64,000 nucleotides of DNA from Anaerolineae bacterium (GTDB lineage Bacteria; Chloroflexota; Anaerolineae; S140-20). Both the position numbers and the translations under genes were made by a program. Below the pieces are notes generated by a model. The model saw nothing but the letters and a program-made list of their open reading frames with translations. It did not search any database and was not told the DNA's origin. Location of the stretch: contig JALUTT010000092.1 of the NCBI GenBank assembly GCA_027021705.1, positions 32,001-96,000 on the forward strand, given 5' to 3'. Of the stretch, positions 25,752 to 34,782 are shown in pieces; the first letter of the stretch is position 1; each line of letters begins with the position of its first letter.

Positions 25752-28040
25752 ATGTCTCGTTACATCGCCACCCGCGCCATCCGTGGCGCGCACGCTCTGG
25801 TCACAGAAGCCGAACTGATGCTCCAAAAGGCCCTGGCCGAGAAGGGGCCGGAGACCCCGGTCGCCTTTCCCAACACGGCTTACTACCTCCCCGTGATCTA
25901 CGGCATGACCGGCATTCCCGTCGAGAAGCTGGGCCAACTGGAGCCGGTGCTCCAACACGCGCGCGCTCTGCTGCATCCCCTCCCCTCGGAGAAGCGATGG
26001 ACGCCCTATCTGGGCGAAACCCTGGATTGTGGCATGGCGACGCTGCTGGCCGCCGAGGCCATCGAAGCCATCCGTTTCGTCTACGGGCTGCAGCCGGAAC
26101 CGATGCCCGGCTTCCGGCTGGCCGGTGGTACCGCCTTCACCAGTCCCGACAACGGGGCCGGCGGCGAGAGCCTGGACGGCCATCTCAACGGTCCCATTGA
26201 CGACATCCAGTTGCGCACGTGGGGGATCCAGTTGGTGGACGGGCGGATGCCGGGCTTCGCTGCCATCATCGGCGCGGCCAAGTCCAACGAGGTCGCCGTG
26301 AAGATCGTGCGCGAGCTCCAGCAACGGAATATCCTCTGTTTCCTCGCCGGCAACGTCAACGGGCGGAGCATCATCCACCAGTTGATCGAGGAAGGGGTCG
26401 AGCTGGGCTACGACACCTACACTGTCCCCTTTGGCACAGACACCATCAGCGCCATCTACGCCTTGGGCTTCGCCGTCCGCTCAGCCCTCACCTTCGGCGG
26501 CCTCAAGGGCGGCCAGGCCCGGGAAATCCTGCTCTACAACAAGGACCGTGTCTTCGCCTTCGTCCTGGCCCTGGGCGAGGTGGACGACCTGAAGTACGCC
26601 GCCGCCGCCGGCGCCATCAACTTCGGTTTCCCCGTCATCGCCGACACCGTCATCCCCGAGATCCTGCCCACGGGCATCACCACCTATGAGCACGTGGTCA
26701 GCATGCCCTTCAACGAGATCGAGGGCAAGGACGACTTGGAGCGGGCCGAGCGGCTGGTGCAGAAGTGCATCGAAGTGCGCGGCGTCAAGATCAAGGTTAC
26801 CAAAGTGCCCGTCCCCGTCCCCTACGGCTCCGCCTTCGAGGGCGAGGTCGTGCGGCGGGCCGACATGCGGATCGAGTTCGGCGGCAAGTACTCCCGCGCC
26901 TTCGAGTACCTCTACATGGCTCCTCTCAACGAGGTGGTGGACGGGCGCGTCGAGGTCGTCGGACCCGGCTTCGAGGAGGTCCCCGAACAGGGCCACATGG
27001 ACCTGGGCATCGTGGTCAAGGTGGCCGGCCGGGGGATGCAGGAGGACTTCGAGCCGGTGCTGGAACGCCAGATCCACTACTTCATCAACGGGGCCTCCGG
27101 CGTCCAGCACATCGGCCAGCGCGACATCGCCTGGATCCGCATCTCCAAAGCGGCGGCGGAGAAGGGCTTCAACTTGGAGCACCTGGGCAAGATCCTGCAC
27201 GCCCGCTTCCACGCCGACTTCGGGGCCATCGTGGACAAAGTCGAGGTGACCATCTTCACCGATCCCGACCGGATCGAGGAGTGGCTGCGGGAGGCCCGCA
27301 AAGCCTACGACCGACGCAACAAGCGGCTGGCCGACCTGACCGACGAATCGGTCAACGAGTTTTACTCCTGCACCCTCTGCCAGTCCTTCGCCCCCAACCA
27401 CGTCTGCGTCATCAGCCCCCAACGGCTAGGACTCTGCGGGGCCTACAACTGGCTGGACTGCAAGGCCTCCTACAACATCAACCCCACCGGCCCCAACCAG
27501 CCCATCAAGCTGGGCACCTGCATTGACCCGGTGAAGGGGTACTGGACGGGGATCAACGAGTACGCCCGCATTGCCTCCCACGGCACCGTTGAAGAGGTGG
27601 CGATGTACTCGATTATGGAAAACCCGATGACCGCCTGCGGCTGCTTCGAGTGCATCGTCATGCTCATCCCCGAGGCAAACGGCGTGATGGTGGTCAGCCG
27701 GGAGGACTCCAGCATGACGCCGGCGGGCATGACCTTCAGCACCCTGGCCGGGATGGTCGGCGGCGGCATCCAGACCCCCGGCGTGATGGGCGTGGGCAAG
27801 TACTACCTGCTCAGCCCCAAGTTCATCTCCGCCGACGGCGGCTTCAAGCGGGTGGTCTGGATGAGCAGCATCCTCAAAGAGACGATGGCCGAGGAACTCC
27901 ACGCCGTCGCCACCCGCGAGGGCGATCCTGAGCTGATCTCCCGCATCGCCGACGAACGCTACGCCGTCACCGTTGAGGAACTGCTGGCCTGGCTGGAGGA
28001 ACACGACCATCCTGCCCTGACTATGCCGCCTATCTTCTGA
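25752..28040 (+). CDS. acsB: acetyl-CoA synthase
   Basis: FPNTAYYLP, DFEPVLERQIH, FYSCTLCQSFAPNHVC, GLCGAYNWLDC, PMTACGCFEC; SD GGAGGAGG before the ATG at 25752. Confidence 0.97.
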   Translation: MSRYIATRAIRGAHALVTEAELMLQKALAEKGPETPVAFPNTAYYLPVIYGMTGIPVEKLGQLEPVLQHARALLHPLPSEKRWTPYLGETLDCGMATLLAAEAIEAIRFVYGLQPEPMPGFRLAGGTAFTSPDNGAGGESLDGHLNGPIDDIQLRTWGIQLVDGRMPGFAAIIGAAKSNEVAVKIVRELQQRNILCFLAGNVNGRSIIHQLIEEGVELGYDTYTVPFGTDTISAIYALGFAVRSALTFGGLKGGQAREILLYNKDRVFAFVLALGEVDDLKYAAAAGAINFGFPVIADTVIPEILPTGITTYEHVVSMPFNEIEGKDDLERAERLVQKCIEVRGVKIKVTKVPVPVPYGSAFEGEVVRRADMRIEFGGKYSRAFEYLYMAPLNEVVDGRVEVVGPGFEEVPEQGHMDLGIVVKVAGRGMQEDFEPVLERQIHYFINGASGVQHIGQRDIAWIRISKAAAEKGFNLEHLGKILHARFHADFGAIVDKVEVTIFTDPDRIEEWLREARKAYDRRNKRLADLTDESVNEFYSCTLCQSFAPNHVCVISPQRLGLCGAYNWLDCKASYNINPTGPNQPIKLGTCIDPVKGYWTGINEYARIASHGTVEEVAMYSIMENPMTACGCFECIVMLIPEANGVMVVSREDSSMTPAGMTFSTLAGMVGGGIQTPGVMGVGKYYLLSPKFISADGGFKRVVWMSSILKETMAEELHAVATREGDPELISRIADERYAVTVEELLAWLEEHDHPALTMPPIF

Positions 28041-28053
28041 CAGACGCGCCGAG

Positions 28054-28300
28054 GGGTGGTCTCCCGCCGAGGCGTGCCATCGCTCCGCCACCTGTCGGAC
28101 GTGGACCATAAGGCTGCACGGGGAGGCCCTCTTAACCTCGGCCGGAATGGGAATTCCGGCCTGCGGGGCAGCTCGCCGGGTTTGGCTCCCTTGGCCTGTG
28201 GAACGTCCGGGTAGGATCGAGTGACCGACGTCCCGTGGGAGACCACCCGACGGAGAGGGTGGGGGACGTTCTCGGTATGGTGTCCCCTTCCCTCCCCGTC
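28054..28300 (+). ncRNA. candidate structured RNA: ~195 nt rod plus a second hairpin; family unknown
   Basis: Nested helices 28054-28065/28237-28248 (12 bp), 28096-28102/28203-28209 and 28140-28148/28153-28161 with a GGGA tetraloop; second hairpin at 28249-28300. Confidence 0.45.
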
Positions 28301-28488
28301 TGGGACGGCCCTCCTCTTCCTCTCTTCCAGGTTGAGGTGAGCTGCAATCCGTGAATTCGTTCGGGATTCGTTGACTGGGTGCCGATGGAGCGACCCGCAG
28401 GTCGCCCGTAGGCACAGAGTTTAGCCGGTGCTGTATCGCACCTCCAAGCCCATCCAGACGAGAGACCGGAAATACGCAGGAGTGAGCT

Positions 28489-29472
28489 ATGCCTCTCGAA
28501 ATTCCGAAAGACAAATGGCCCGGTTCCGTTCGCACCATCACCATCGGGGCCACCCCCGAGGAGGGGGGGACCCGCGCCTGTACCGTCACCGTCGGGGGGG
28601 AGACGACGATGCCCTTCCTCCACTTTGAGGGCGAGATTCCCCACCGACCGGTGGTGGCCATCGAGATCCGAGACCGCCGGCCCGACGATTGGTCCCCGCT
28701 GCTCCTGGAGACCTGGGGGGAGGTGGTGAACGACCCGGCCGCCTGGGCCAAAGCGGCCGAGGAGGCCGGCGCCGACCTGATCCAGCTCTCCCTCAGCCTG
28801 ACCGACGGCGACGGGGAGACCACCACCCCCGAGGCCGCCGTCGCCGCCGTCCGGGCGGTGCTTCAGGCCAGCGGGCTGCCGCTGATGGTCTTCGGGCCCG
28901 GCCAGGCCGAGGTGGACAACCAACTGCTGGTCGCGGTGGCCGAGGCAACCGCCGGGGAACGGCTGGTGCTGGGCATCTGCGAGGACAAGAACTACCGCAC
29001 CATCGTCGCCACGGCGATGGCCAACGGCCACCTGGTCAACGCCCGCACCCCGATGGACGTCAATCTGGCCAAGCAGCTCAACATCCTCATCAGCGATATG
29101 GGCTTTCCCCTCGACCGCATCCTGATGGACCCGACCACAGCCGCCCTGGGCTACGGCATCGAGTACGGCTTCTCCGCGATGGAACGGCTGCGCCTGGCCG
29201 CGCTCCAGGGGGATGCCATGACCCAGTTCCCGATGCTCGTCACCCCCGGCTTCGAGGCCTGGAAGACCAAAGAGGCCAAAGTCGGTGAGGAGGTGCCGGC
29301 CGAGTGGGGCGACTGGCTGGAGCGGGCCGTCCATTGGGAGACCCTCACCGCCGTTACCCTGCTGGAGGCCGGGGCCGACATCCTCGTCCTCCGCCATCCC
29401 GAGAGCGTGCGCCGGGTCAAGGCTGCCATTGACGACCTGATGACCGTGCGCGAAGTGGAAGCAGTGGCGTGA
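28489..29472 (+). CDS. acsD: corrinoid/FeS protein small subunit
   Basis: VTVGGETTMPFLHFEG, PMDVNLAKQLN, MDPTTAALGYGIEY, MERLRLAAL, GADILVLRHP. Confidence 0.96.
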   Translation: MPLEIPKDKWPGSVRTITIGATPEEGGTRACTVTVGGETTMPFLHFEGEIPHRPVVAIEIRDRRPDDWSPLLLETWGEVVNDPAAWAKAAEEAGADLIQLSLSLTDGDGETTTPEAAVAAVRAVLQASGLPLMVFGPGQAEVDNQLLVAVAEATAGERLVLGICEDKNYRTIVATAMANGHLVNARTPMDVNLAKQLNILISDMGFPLDRILMDPTTAALGYGIEYGFSAMERLRLAALQGDAMTQFPMLVTPGFEAWKTKEAKVGEEVPAEWGDWLERAVHWETLTAVTLLEAGADILVLRHPESVRRVKAAIDDLMTVREVEAVA

Positions 29473-29487
29473 TAAGGAGACAGCGCT

Positions 29488-30831
29488 ATGGCCCTGACGG
29501 GAATCCAGATCTACAAGCTTCTGCCCAAGACCAACTGCAAGGATTGCGGCTTCCCCACCTGCCTGGCTTTCGCCATGAAGCTGGCCGCCAAACAGGTGGA
29601 ACTCTCCGCTTGCCCCCACATCAGCGAGGAGGCCAAGGCGGTCCTCGCCGAGTCCGCCTCTCCGCCCATCCGGCTGGTGACCCTCAAGGCCGATGGTTAC
29701 GAGGTCAAGGCGGGCAACGAGGTGGTCCTCTTCCGCCACGAGAAGAAGTTCTACCACAAGCCTGGCTTCTTCATCCGGGTGCGTGATGATGCCTCCTTGG
29801 ACCAGATCAGGGAGAGGGTAGCCGCCACCGATGCCTACACTGTGAACTACGTGGGGATGGACCTGACGCTGGACGGCTTCGCTGTGGAGTCGGCCTCCGG
29901 CGACCCGACCACCTTCTCCCAGGCGATCAGCGCGGTCCGGGCCGTCAGCCAACGCCCCCTCATCCTGATGAGCCGGGACCCGGGGGTGATGGCGGCCGGC
30001 CTCCAGGCAGTGAATGGTGAGGCCCCCCTCATCTACGCCGCCGACGCCGACAACTGGGAGGCGATGGCCGACCTGGCCAAGCAGCACCAGGCTCCCCTGG
30101 CCGTCTTCGCCGACTCCCTGGAGGGGCTGGCCGACCTGACCCAGAAGATCAAGGCCAAAGGTGTGGAGGATATGGTCCTGGACCACGGGGCGCGGGACCT
30201 GGGCACATCCCTTGCCCGCAACACCGTGATCCGCCGCCTGGCCCTGAAGAAGACCTTCCGTCCCCTGGGCTATCCCATCATCGCCTTCCCCGGCGACGCC
30301 GGCGATGCAGCCTGGGAAGCGATCTTGGCCGCCCACGCCGTCGCCAAGTACGCCGGTTTCATCGTCCTGGACCACACCGCGCCGGAGATGCTCTACCCGC
30401 TGCTGGTCCTGCGGGAGAACATCTACACCGACCCGCAGAAGCCAATCCAGGTCCAGCCCGGCCTCTACGAGATCAACGACCCCTCGCCGGAGGACCCGGT
30501 CCTGGCGACCACCAACTTCAGCATCACCTACTTCAGCGTAGCCAATGAGGTGGAAGGGGCCGGCCTGCCCGCCTGGCTCCTGGTGACCGATGCCGAGGGG
30601 ATGAGCGTCCTCACCGCCTGGGCGGCGGGCAAGTTCGACGCCGAGCGCATCGCCAAGGATGTCCGGCGCTTCCACGTCCCCGACAAGGTCCATCGCAAGC
30701 GGATCGTCATCCCCGGCCACGTGGCGGTCATCTCCGGGGAGCTGGAGGAAGAGCTGCCCGACTGGGAGGTGCGCGTTGGCCCTCGGGAGGCGGTGGACCT
30801 GCCCACCTATATGAAAGAGGCCCTCGTGTGA
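29488..30831 (+). CDS. acsC: corrinoid/FeS protein large subunit
   Basis: LPKTNCKDCGFPTCLAFA, FRHEK, NIYTDPQKP, TTNFSITYF, SVLTAWAAGKF, GPREA. Confidence 0.97.
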   Translation: MALTGIQIYKLLPKTNCKDCGFPTCLAFAMKLAAKQVELSACPHISEEAKAVLAESASPPIRLVTLKADGYEVKAGNEVVLFRHEKKFYHKPGFFIRVRDDASLDQIRERVAATDAYTVNYVGMDLTLDGFAVESASGDPTTFSQAISAVRAVSQRPLILMSRDPGVMAAGLQAVNGEAPLIYAADADNWEAMADLAKQHQAPLAVFADSLEGLADLTQKIKAKGVEDMVLDHGARDLGTSLARNTVIRRLALKKTFRPLGYPIIAFPGDAGDAAWEAILAAHAVAKYAGFIVLDHTAPEMLYPLLVLRENIYTDPQKPIQVQPGLYEINDPSPEDPVLATTNFSITYFSVANEVEGAGLPAWLLVTDAEGMSVLTAWAAGKFDAERIAKDVRRFHVPDKVHRKRIVIPGHVAVISGELEEELPDWEVRVGPREAVDLPTYMKEALV

Positions 30832-30835
30832 CCCT

Positions 30836-32752
30836 ATGGCTGAACACCTCGTCCAGTTCGACGGTAGAGAACCGGTGCGCGTGCCCACGGGCACGCTGCT
30901 GATCGAGGCAGCCCGGCTGGCCGGGGTGGAGATCCTCCAACCCTGCGGCGGTCAGGGACGGTGTGGCCGCTGTGCTGTCCAGGTGGTTAACGGTGACGTG
31001 CGCCGCCGCAGCACCCTGCGCCTCTCGCCCGAGGACGTGGCCCAGGGCTATGCCCTGGCCTGCCAGTCGGTGGTCGAGGGAGATGTCACCGTCATCGTGC
31101 CGCCCCAGGAGAAGCTGGAGCGGCGGCTGACCACCGATCGCACCGTCGCCGAGGTCACCGTCCCGGCCGGCTACGACCCCCAGACCGCCCAGACCATCCG
31201 CCGGATCGCCCTCACCCTCCCGCCCCCCAGCCTGGACGACCAGACGGACGACTGGAGCCGCCTCCAGACGGCCCTCCGGCGGCAGGCCGGCATCGCCGAG
31301 GTCCAGATCTCCCTGCCGCTCCTGCGGCGCATCGGGCCGGTGCTGCGGGAGGGGGCGTGGCGGGTGACGGCGGTCCTGGACACGATGGCCTGGGACTGCC
31401 CCGGCTGTCCCGCCCGTCTGATTGACCTGCGCCCCGGCCACGAGCCGGAGGATGCCCCCCTGTGGGGAGCCGCCGTGGACGTGGGCACCACCACCGTCAC
31501 CGTCTGGCTGGTGGACCTGCTGACCGGTCAGGTGCGGGCTCAGGTGGCCGAGTACAACCGCCAGATCACCCGGGGCGAGGACGTCATCTCCCGCATCATC
31601 TACGCCAGCAAGAACAACGGCGGCGAGGAGATGCGGGCCCTGGCCTTGGAGACCATCAACGAGCTGCTGGACCGGGCCTGCAAGCGGACCCGGGCCAAGC
31701 CGGAGGAGATCGTCAAGGTCACCATCGCCGGCAACAGCACGATGATGCACCTGCTCCTGGGCATCCCGGCCGAGAGCATCCGTCTGACGCCTTTCGTGAC
31801 GGTGGTGAACCATGTGCCCACCCTCCGCGCCCAGGAGGTCGGCCTGCTCGCCCACCCCGAGGCGACGGTGGACTGCCTGCCGGGCGTCGCCAGCTACGTC
31901 GGGGCCGACATCACGGCCGGCGTCCTCGCCGCCGGCCTGGACGAGACCGATCAGGTTACCCTCTTCATGGACATCGGCACCAACGGGGAGACGGTGCTGG
32001 GGACCCGCGACTGGCTGGTCACCTGCGCATGCTCGGCCGGCCCCGCCTTCGAGGGCGCCGGCGTCCTCCACGGGATGCGGGCCACCCGGGGGGCCATCGA
32101 GGAGGTCTGGATCAACAGCCAGACCTACGAGCCCACCTACCGGGTCATCGGGAACGTCCCGCCCCGGGGCCTGTGCGGCAGCGGCCTCATCTCCCTACTG
32201 GCCGAACTCTTCCTGACCGGGGTCCTGGACCGGCGGGGGAACTTCAACGAGAGCCTGGACACCCCCCGCATCCGCAAGGGGGCCCACGGCCTGGAGTACG
32301 TGGTCGCCTGGGGGGAGGAGACGGCCACCGGCCGGGAGATCGTCCTGACGCGGGTGGACGTGGACAACCTGATGCGGGCCAAGGCGGCCATCTACGCTGG
32401 CTTCACCGTCCTGGCCGACCAGGTGGGCGTTCCCCTGGAGACGGTCGAGCAGGTGCTCATCGGCGGGGCTTTCGGCAAGTACATCAACGTGGAGAAGGCG
32501 GTGGAGATCGGCCTGCTGCCGGACATGCCCTGGGACCGCTTCGAGTTCCTGGGCAACACCTCGGTGCGGGGGGCCTACCTGGCCCTGCTGGACTGGCAGG
32601 CCCGGCGGCGCATCAAGGAGATCGCCGCCCGGATGACCTACATCGAGCTCTCCGCCGACAACACCTTCTACGAAGCTTTTATGTCCGCCCTCTTCCTGCC
32701 CCACACCGAGCTCTCCCGCTTCCCCACGGTAGAAGCAGCGCTGGGGGGGTGA
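30836..32752 (+). CDS. acsV: reductive activator of corrinoid protein (RACo/ASKHA with 2Fe-2S domain)
   Basis: CGGQGRCGRC...LACQ; DVGTTTV; GEDVISRI; DIGTNGE; CSAGPAFEG; GLCGSG. Confidence 0.93.
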   Translation: MAEHLVQFDGREPVRVPTGTLLIEAARLAGVEILQPCGGQGRCGRCAVQVVNGDVRRRSTLRLSPEDVAQGYALACQSVVEGDVTVIVPPQEKLERRLTTDRTVAEVTVPAGYDPQTAQTIRRIALTLPPPSLDDQTDDWSRLQTALRRQAGIAEVQISLPLLRRIGPVLREGAWRVTAVLDTMAWDCPGCPARLIDLRPGHEPEDAPLWGAAVDVGTTTVTVWLVDLLTGQVRAQVAEYNRQITRGEDVISRIIYASKNNGGEEMRALALETINELLDRACKRTRAKPEEIVKVTIAGNSTMMHLLLGIPAESIRLTPFVTVVNHVPTLRAQEVGLLAHPEATVDCLPGVASYVGADITAGVLAAGLDETDQVTLFMDIGTNGETVLGTRDWLVTCACSAGPAFEGAGVLHGMRATRGAIEEVWINSQTYEPTYRVIGNVPPRGLCGSGLISLLAELFLTGVLDRRGNFNESLDTPRIRKGAHGLEYVVAWGEETATGREIVLTRVDVDNLMRAKAAIYAGFTVLADQVGVPLETVEQVLIGGAFGKYINVEKAVEIGLLPDMPWDRFEFLGNTSVRGAYLALLDWQARRRIKEIAARMTYIELSADNTFYEAFMSALFLPHTELSRFPTVEAALGG

Positions 32753-32761
32753 GGGGATGGG

Positions 32762-32843
32762 ACAACGAATGGAGAACCGAGTCAACGAATTGGGGCGTCT
32801 GCCGCATCCGTTTATCTGTCCAGAATTCGTTGACTTCATTCGC
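32762..32843. repeat. AACGAAT/ATTCGTT palindromic repeat element
   Basis: AGTCAACGAATT...AATTCGTTGACT inverted pair flanked by ACGAATG/CATTCG; a related half-element lies at 28347-28375. Confidence 0.6.
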
Positions 32844-32879
32844 TAACCAAGCCGCCATCGGCGAGGAGGGATCGCACCT

Positions 32880-33818
32880 ATGTACATCATCGGCGAGAAT
32901 ATCCACATCGTCTCGGAGAAGGTCAAGCGGGCGCTCAAGGAGCGTGATGCCAAGTTCTTCCAGGACCTGGCCGTCCGCCAGGTGGAGGCCGGCGCTCAGG
33001 CCCTCGACATCAACCTGGGCCCGCGCAAGCGGGACTGGGAGGAGGTCTTCCCCTGGATCGTGAAGACGCTGGAGGCCGTTGTAGACGTGCCCCTCTGCAT
33101 TGACAGCACCAATGTCCTGGGCATCGAGGCGGCCCTGAAGACGATCACCAAAGCCCAGCCCATCGTCAACTCCACCTCGGCGGAGCCGGAACGCTTGGAG
33201 AAGGTGCCGCCCCTGGCCAAGAAGTACAACGCCCGGCTCATCGCCCTGACAATGGGCAAGAGCGGCATCCCCGTCTCCGCCGACGAGCGGGTGAGCATCG
33301 CCCTGGAGGTCCTGATCCCGCGCATGCTGGAGATTGACTTCCCCATCGAGGACCTGATCCTCGACCCGCTGATCCTGACCGTCTCAGGATGCCAGGAGTA
33401 CTGCCCGGAGGCCATCGAGGCGGTGCGGACGCTGCAGTATGCCTGGGACCCGCCGCCGGCCGTCTCGGTGGGGCTCTCCAACGTCTCCAACCGGGTGCCG
33501 GCCGAGAACCGCTCCCTCATCAACCGCGTCTACTGTGCCATGCTGATGGGCGCCGGCCTGAAGATGATGATCGCCAACCCCTTGGACGAAAAGCTCAAGG
33601 AGGTCATCCGCATCATCGAGGAGCGAGACGACAGCACGCCGGTAGGACGCCTCTACCTCAAGATCCACGACCGCATCGCCGCGATGGAGGAGCCCTCCGC
33701 CGAGGACGTGGATATGGACGACCCCGAGCAGGTCGCCATCTGGAAGACGGTCCAGATCCTGCTCAACAAAGTGATCTACGCGGACTCCTACCTGCGTCAG
33801 GAGACCATCTCTGCCTAA
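32880..33818 (+). CDS. acsE: methyl-THF:corrinoid/FeS protein methyltransferase
   Basis: IIGENIH, QVEAGAQALDIN, PLCIDST, IVNST, GLSNVS, RSLINRVY. Confidence 0.93.
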   Translation: MYIIGENIHIVSEKVKRALKERDAKFFQDLAVRQVEAGAQALDINLGPRKRDWEEVFPWIVKTLEAVVDVPLCIDSTNVLGIEAALKTITKAQPIVNSTSAEPERLEKVPPLAKKYNARLIALTMGKSGIPVSADERVSIALEVLIPRMLEIDFPIEDLILDPLILTVSGCQEYCPEAIEAVRTLQYAWDPPPAVSVGLSNVSNRVPAENRSLINRVYCAMLMGAGLKMMIANPLDEKLKEVIRIIEERDDSTPVGRLYLKIHDRIAAMEEPSAEDVDMDDPEQVAIWKTVQILLNKVIYADSYLRQETISA

Positions 33819-33849
33819 GGAAAGGACGGGGAGAGGAGGAACTGAAACG

Positions 33850-34638
33850 GTGACCACGACCATCGCCCTCGCCGGGAAAGGGGGGACCGGCAAGACGACC
33901 ATCGCTTGTATGGTGATCAAGTACCTGCTCCGGCATCGGCCCGGCACCATCCTGGCCATTGATGCCGACCCCAGCAGCAACCTGCATATGGTCCTGGGGA
34001 TGGACCTGGAGTGGACCATCGGCGAGATCCGCGAGGAGATGCTCCAGCAGGTCCAGAGCTCCGTGGCGGTCGGTGCCGGCGTGCTGCCGGGCGGCATGTC
34101 CAAGCGGGAGTACCTGGACTACGAGGTCCGCTCCTCGCTGGTGGAAGGGGACCGCGTGGACCTGATCGCGATGGGGCGACCCGAAGGCCCCGGTTGCTAC
34201 TGCGCGGTGAACCACCTCCTGCGCCAGATCGTGGACGGCATCAGCCGCCACTACGACTTCGTGGTCATTGACAACGAGGCCGGGATGGAGCACCTGAGCC
34301 GGCGCACGACCCGCGACGTGGACTACCTGTTGATCGTGAGCGACCCCACCCAGCGGGGCATCGTGGCCGCTGAGCGGATCGCGGAACTGGGCAAAGAACT
34401 GGACATTCACATCAACCACACCTATCTGGTCCTCAACCGGCTGGTGGGGCCGATCCCGCCTCCCCTCCAGGCGCGGATCGAGGCCCTGGGGATCCCCCTG
34501 CTGGGGGTCGTCCCGGCCGACAGCCAGGTGACCACCTTCGAGTTCAGCGGGCGCCCGCTGATCGAGATGGGGGACGATTCACCGGTCTACCAGGCTGTGG
34601 CCGCGATGATGGCCCAGATCCTTGGTCCAGCTACCTGA
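33850..34638 (+). CDS. cooC: CODH/ACS nickel-insertion ATPase (CooC/AcsF)
   Basis: GKGGTGKTT, IDADP, MGRPEGPGCYC, DNEAGMEHLSR. Confidence 0.95.
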   Translation: MTTTIALAGKGGTGKTTIACMVIKYLLRHRPGTILAIDADPSSNLHMVLGMDLEWTIGEIREEMLQQVQSSVAVGAGVLPGGMSKREYLDYEVRSSLVEGDRVDLIAMGRPEGPGCYCAVNHLLRQIVDGISRHYDFVVIDNEAGMEHLSRRTTRDVDYLLIVSDPTQRGIVAAERIAELGKELDIHINHTYLVLNRLVGPIPPPLQARIEALGIPLLGVVPADSQVTTFEFSGRPLIEMGDDSPVYQAVAAMMAQILGPAT

Positions 34639-34642
34639 CCGT

Positions 34643-34750
34643 TGTCACCCTCCTGCAGGTCACCGGTCGGGGGCGCTTTCAGCCCCGATGGGCTATTTGA
34701 GGCACGGTTTCGCGTCGGAAACGCGCCTAACCTGCGGGAGGGTGAACAGT
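34643..34750. repeat. CCCTCCCGCAGGT-family ~105 bp element, copy 2 (inverted relative to 4772-4873)
   Basis: TCACCCTCCTGCAGGT...ACCTGCGGGAGGGTGA ends; interior matches copy 1. Confidence 0.85.
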
Positions 34751-34782
34751 CGGTTAACTTTCGACACGTGGGAGAAGACACG

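Noticed and set aside
28041..28488. cobalamin riboswitch ahead of acsD
   Set aside because: A GGGAA is present, but I could not find the B12-box, GCCACTG or CCCGC-ACTGT elements. Kept as an unclassified structure.
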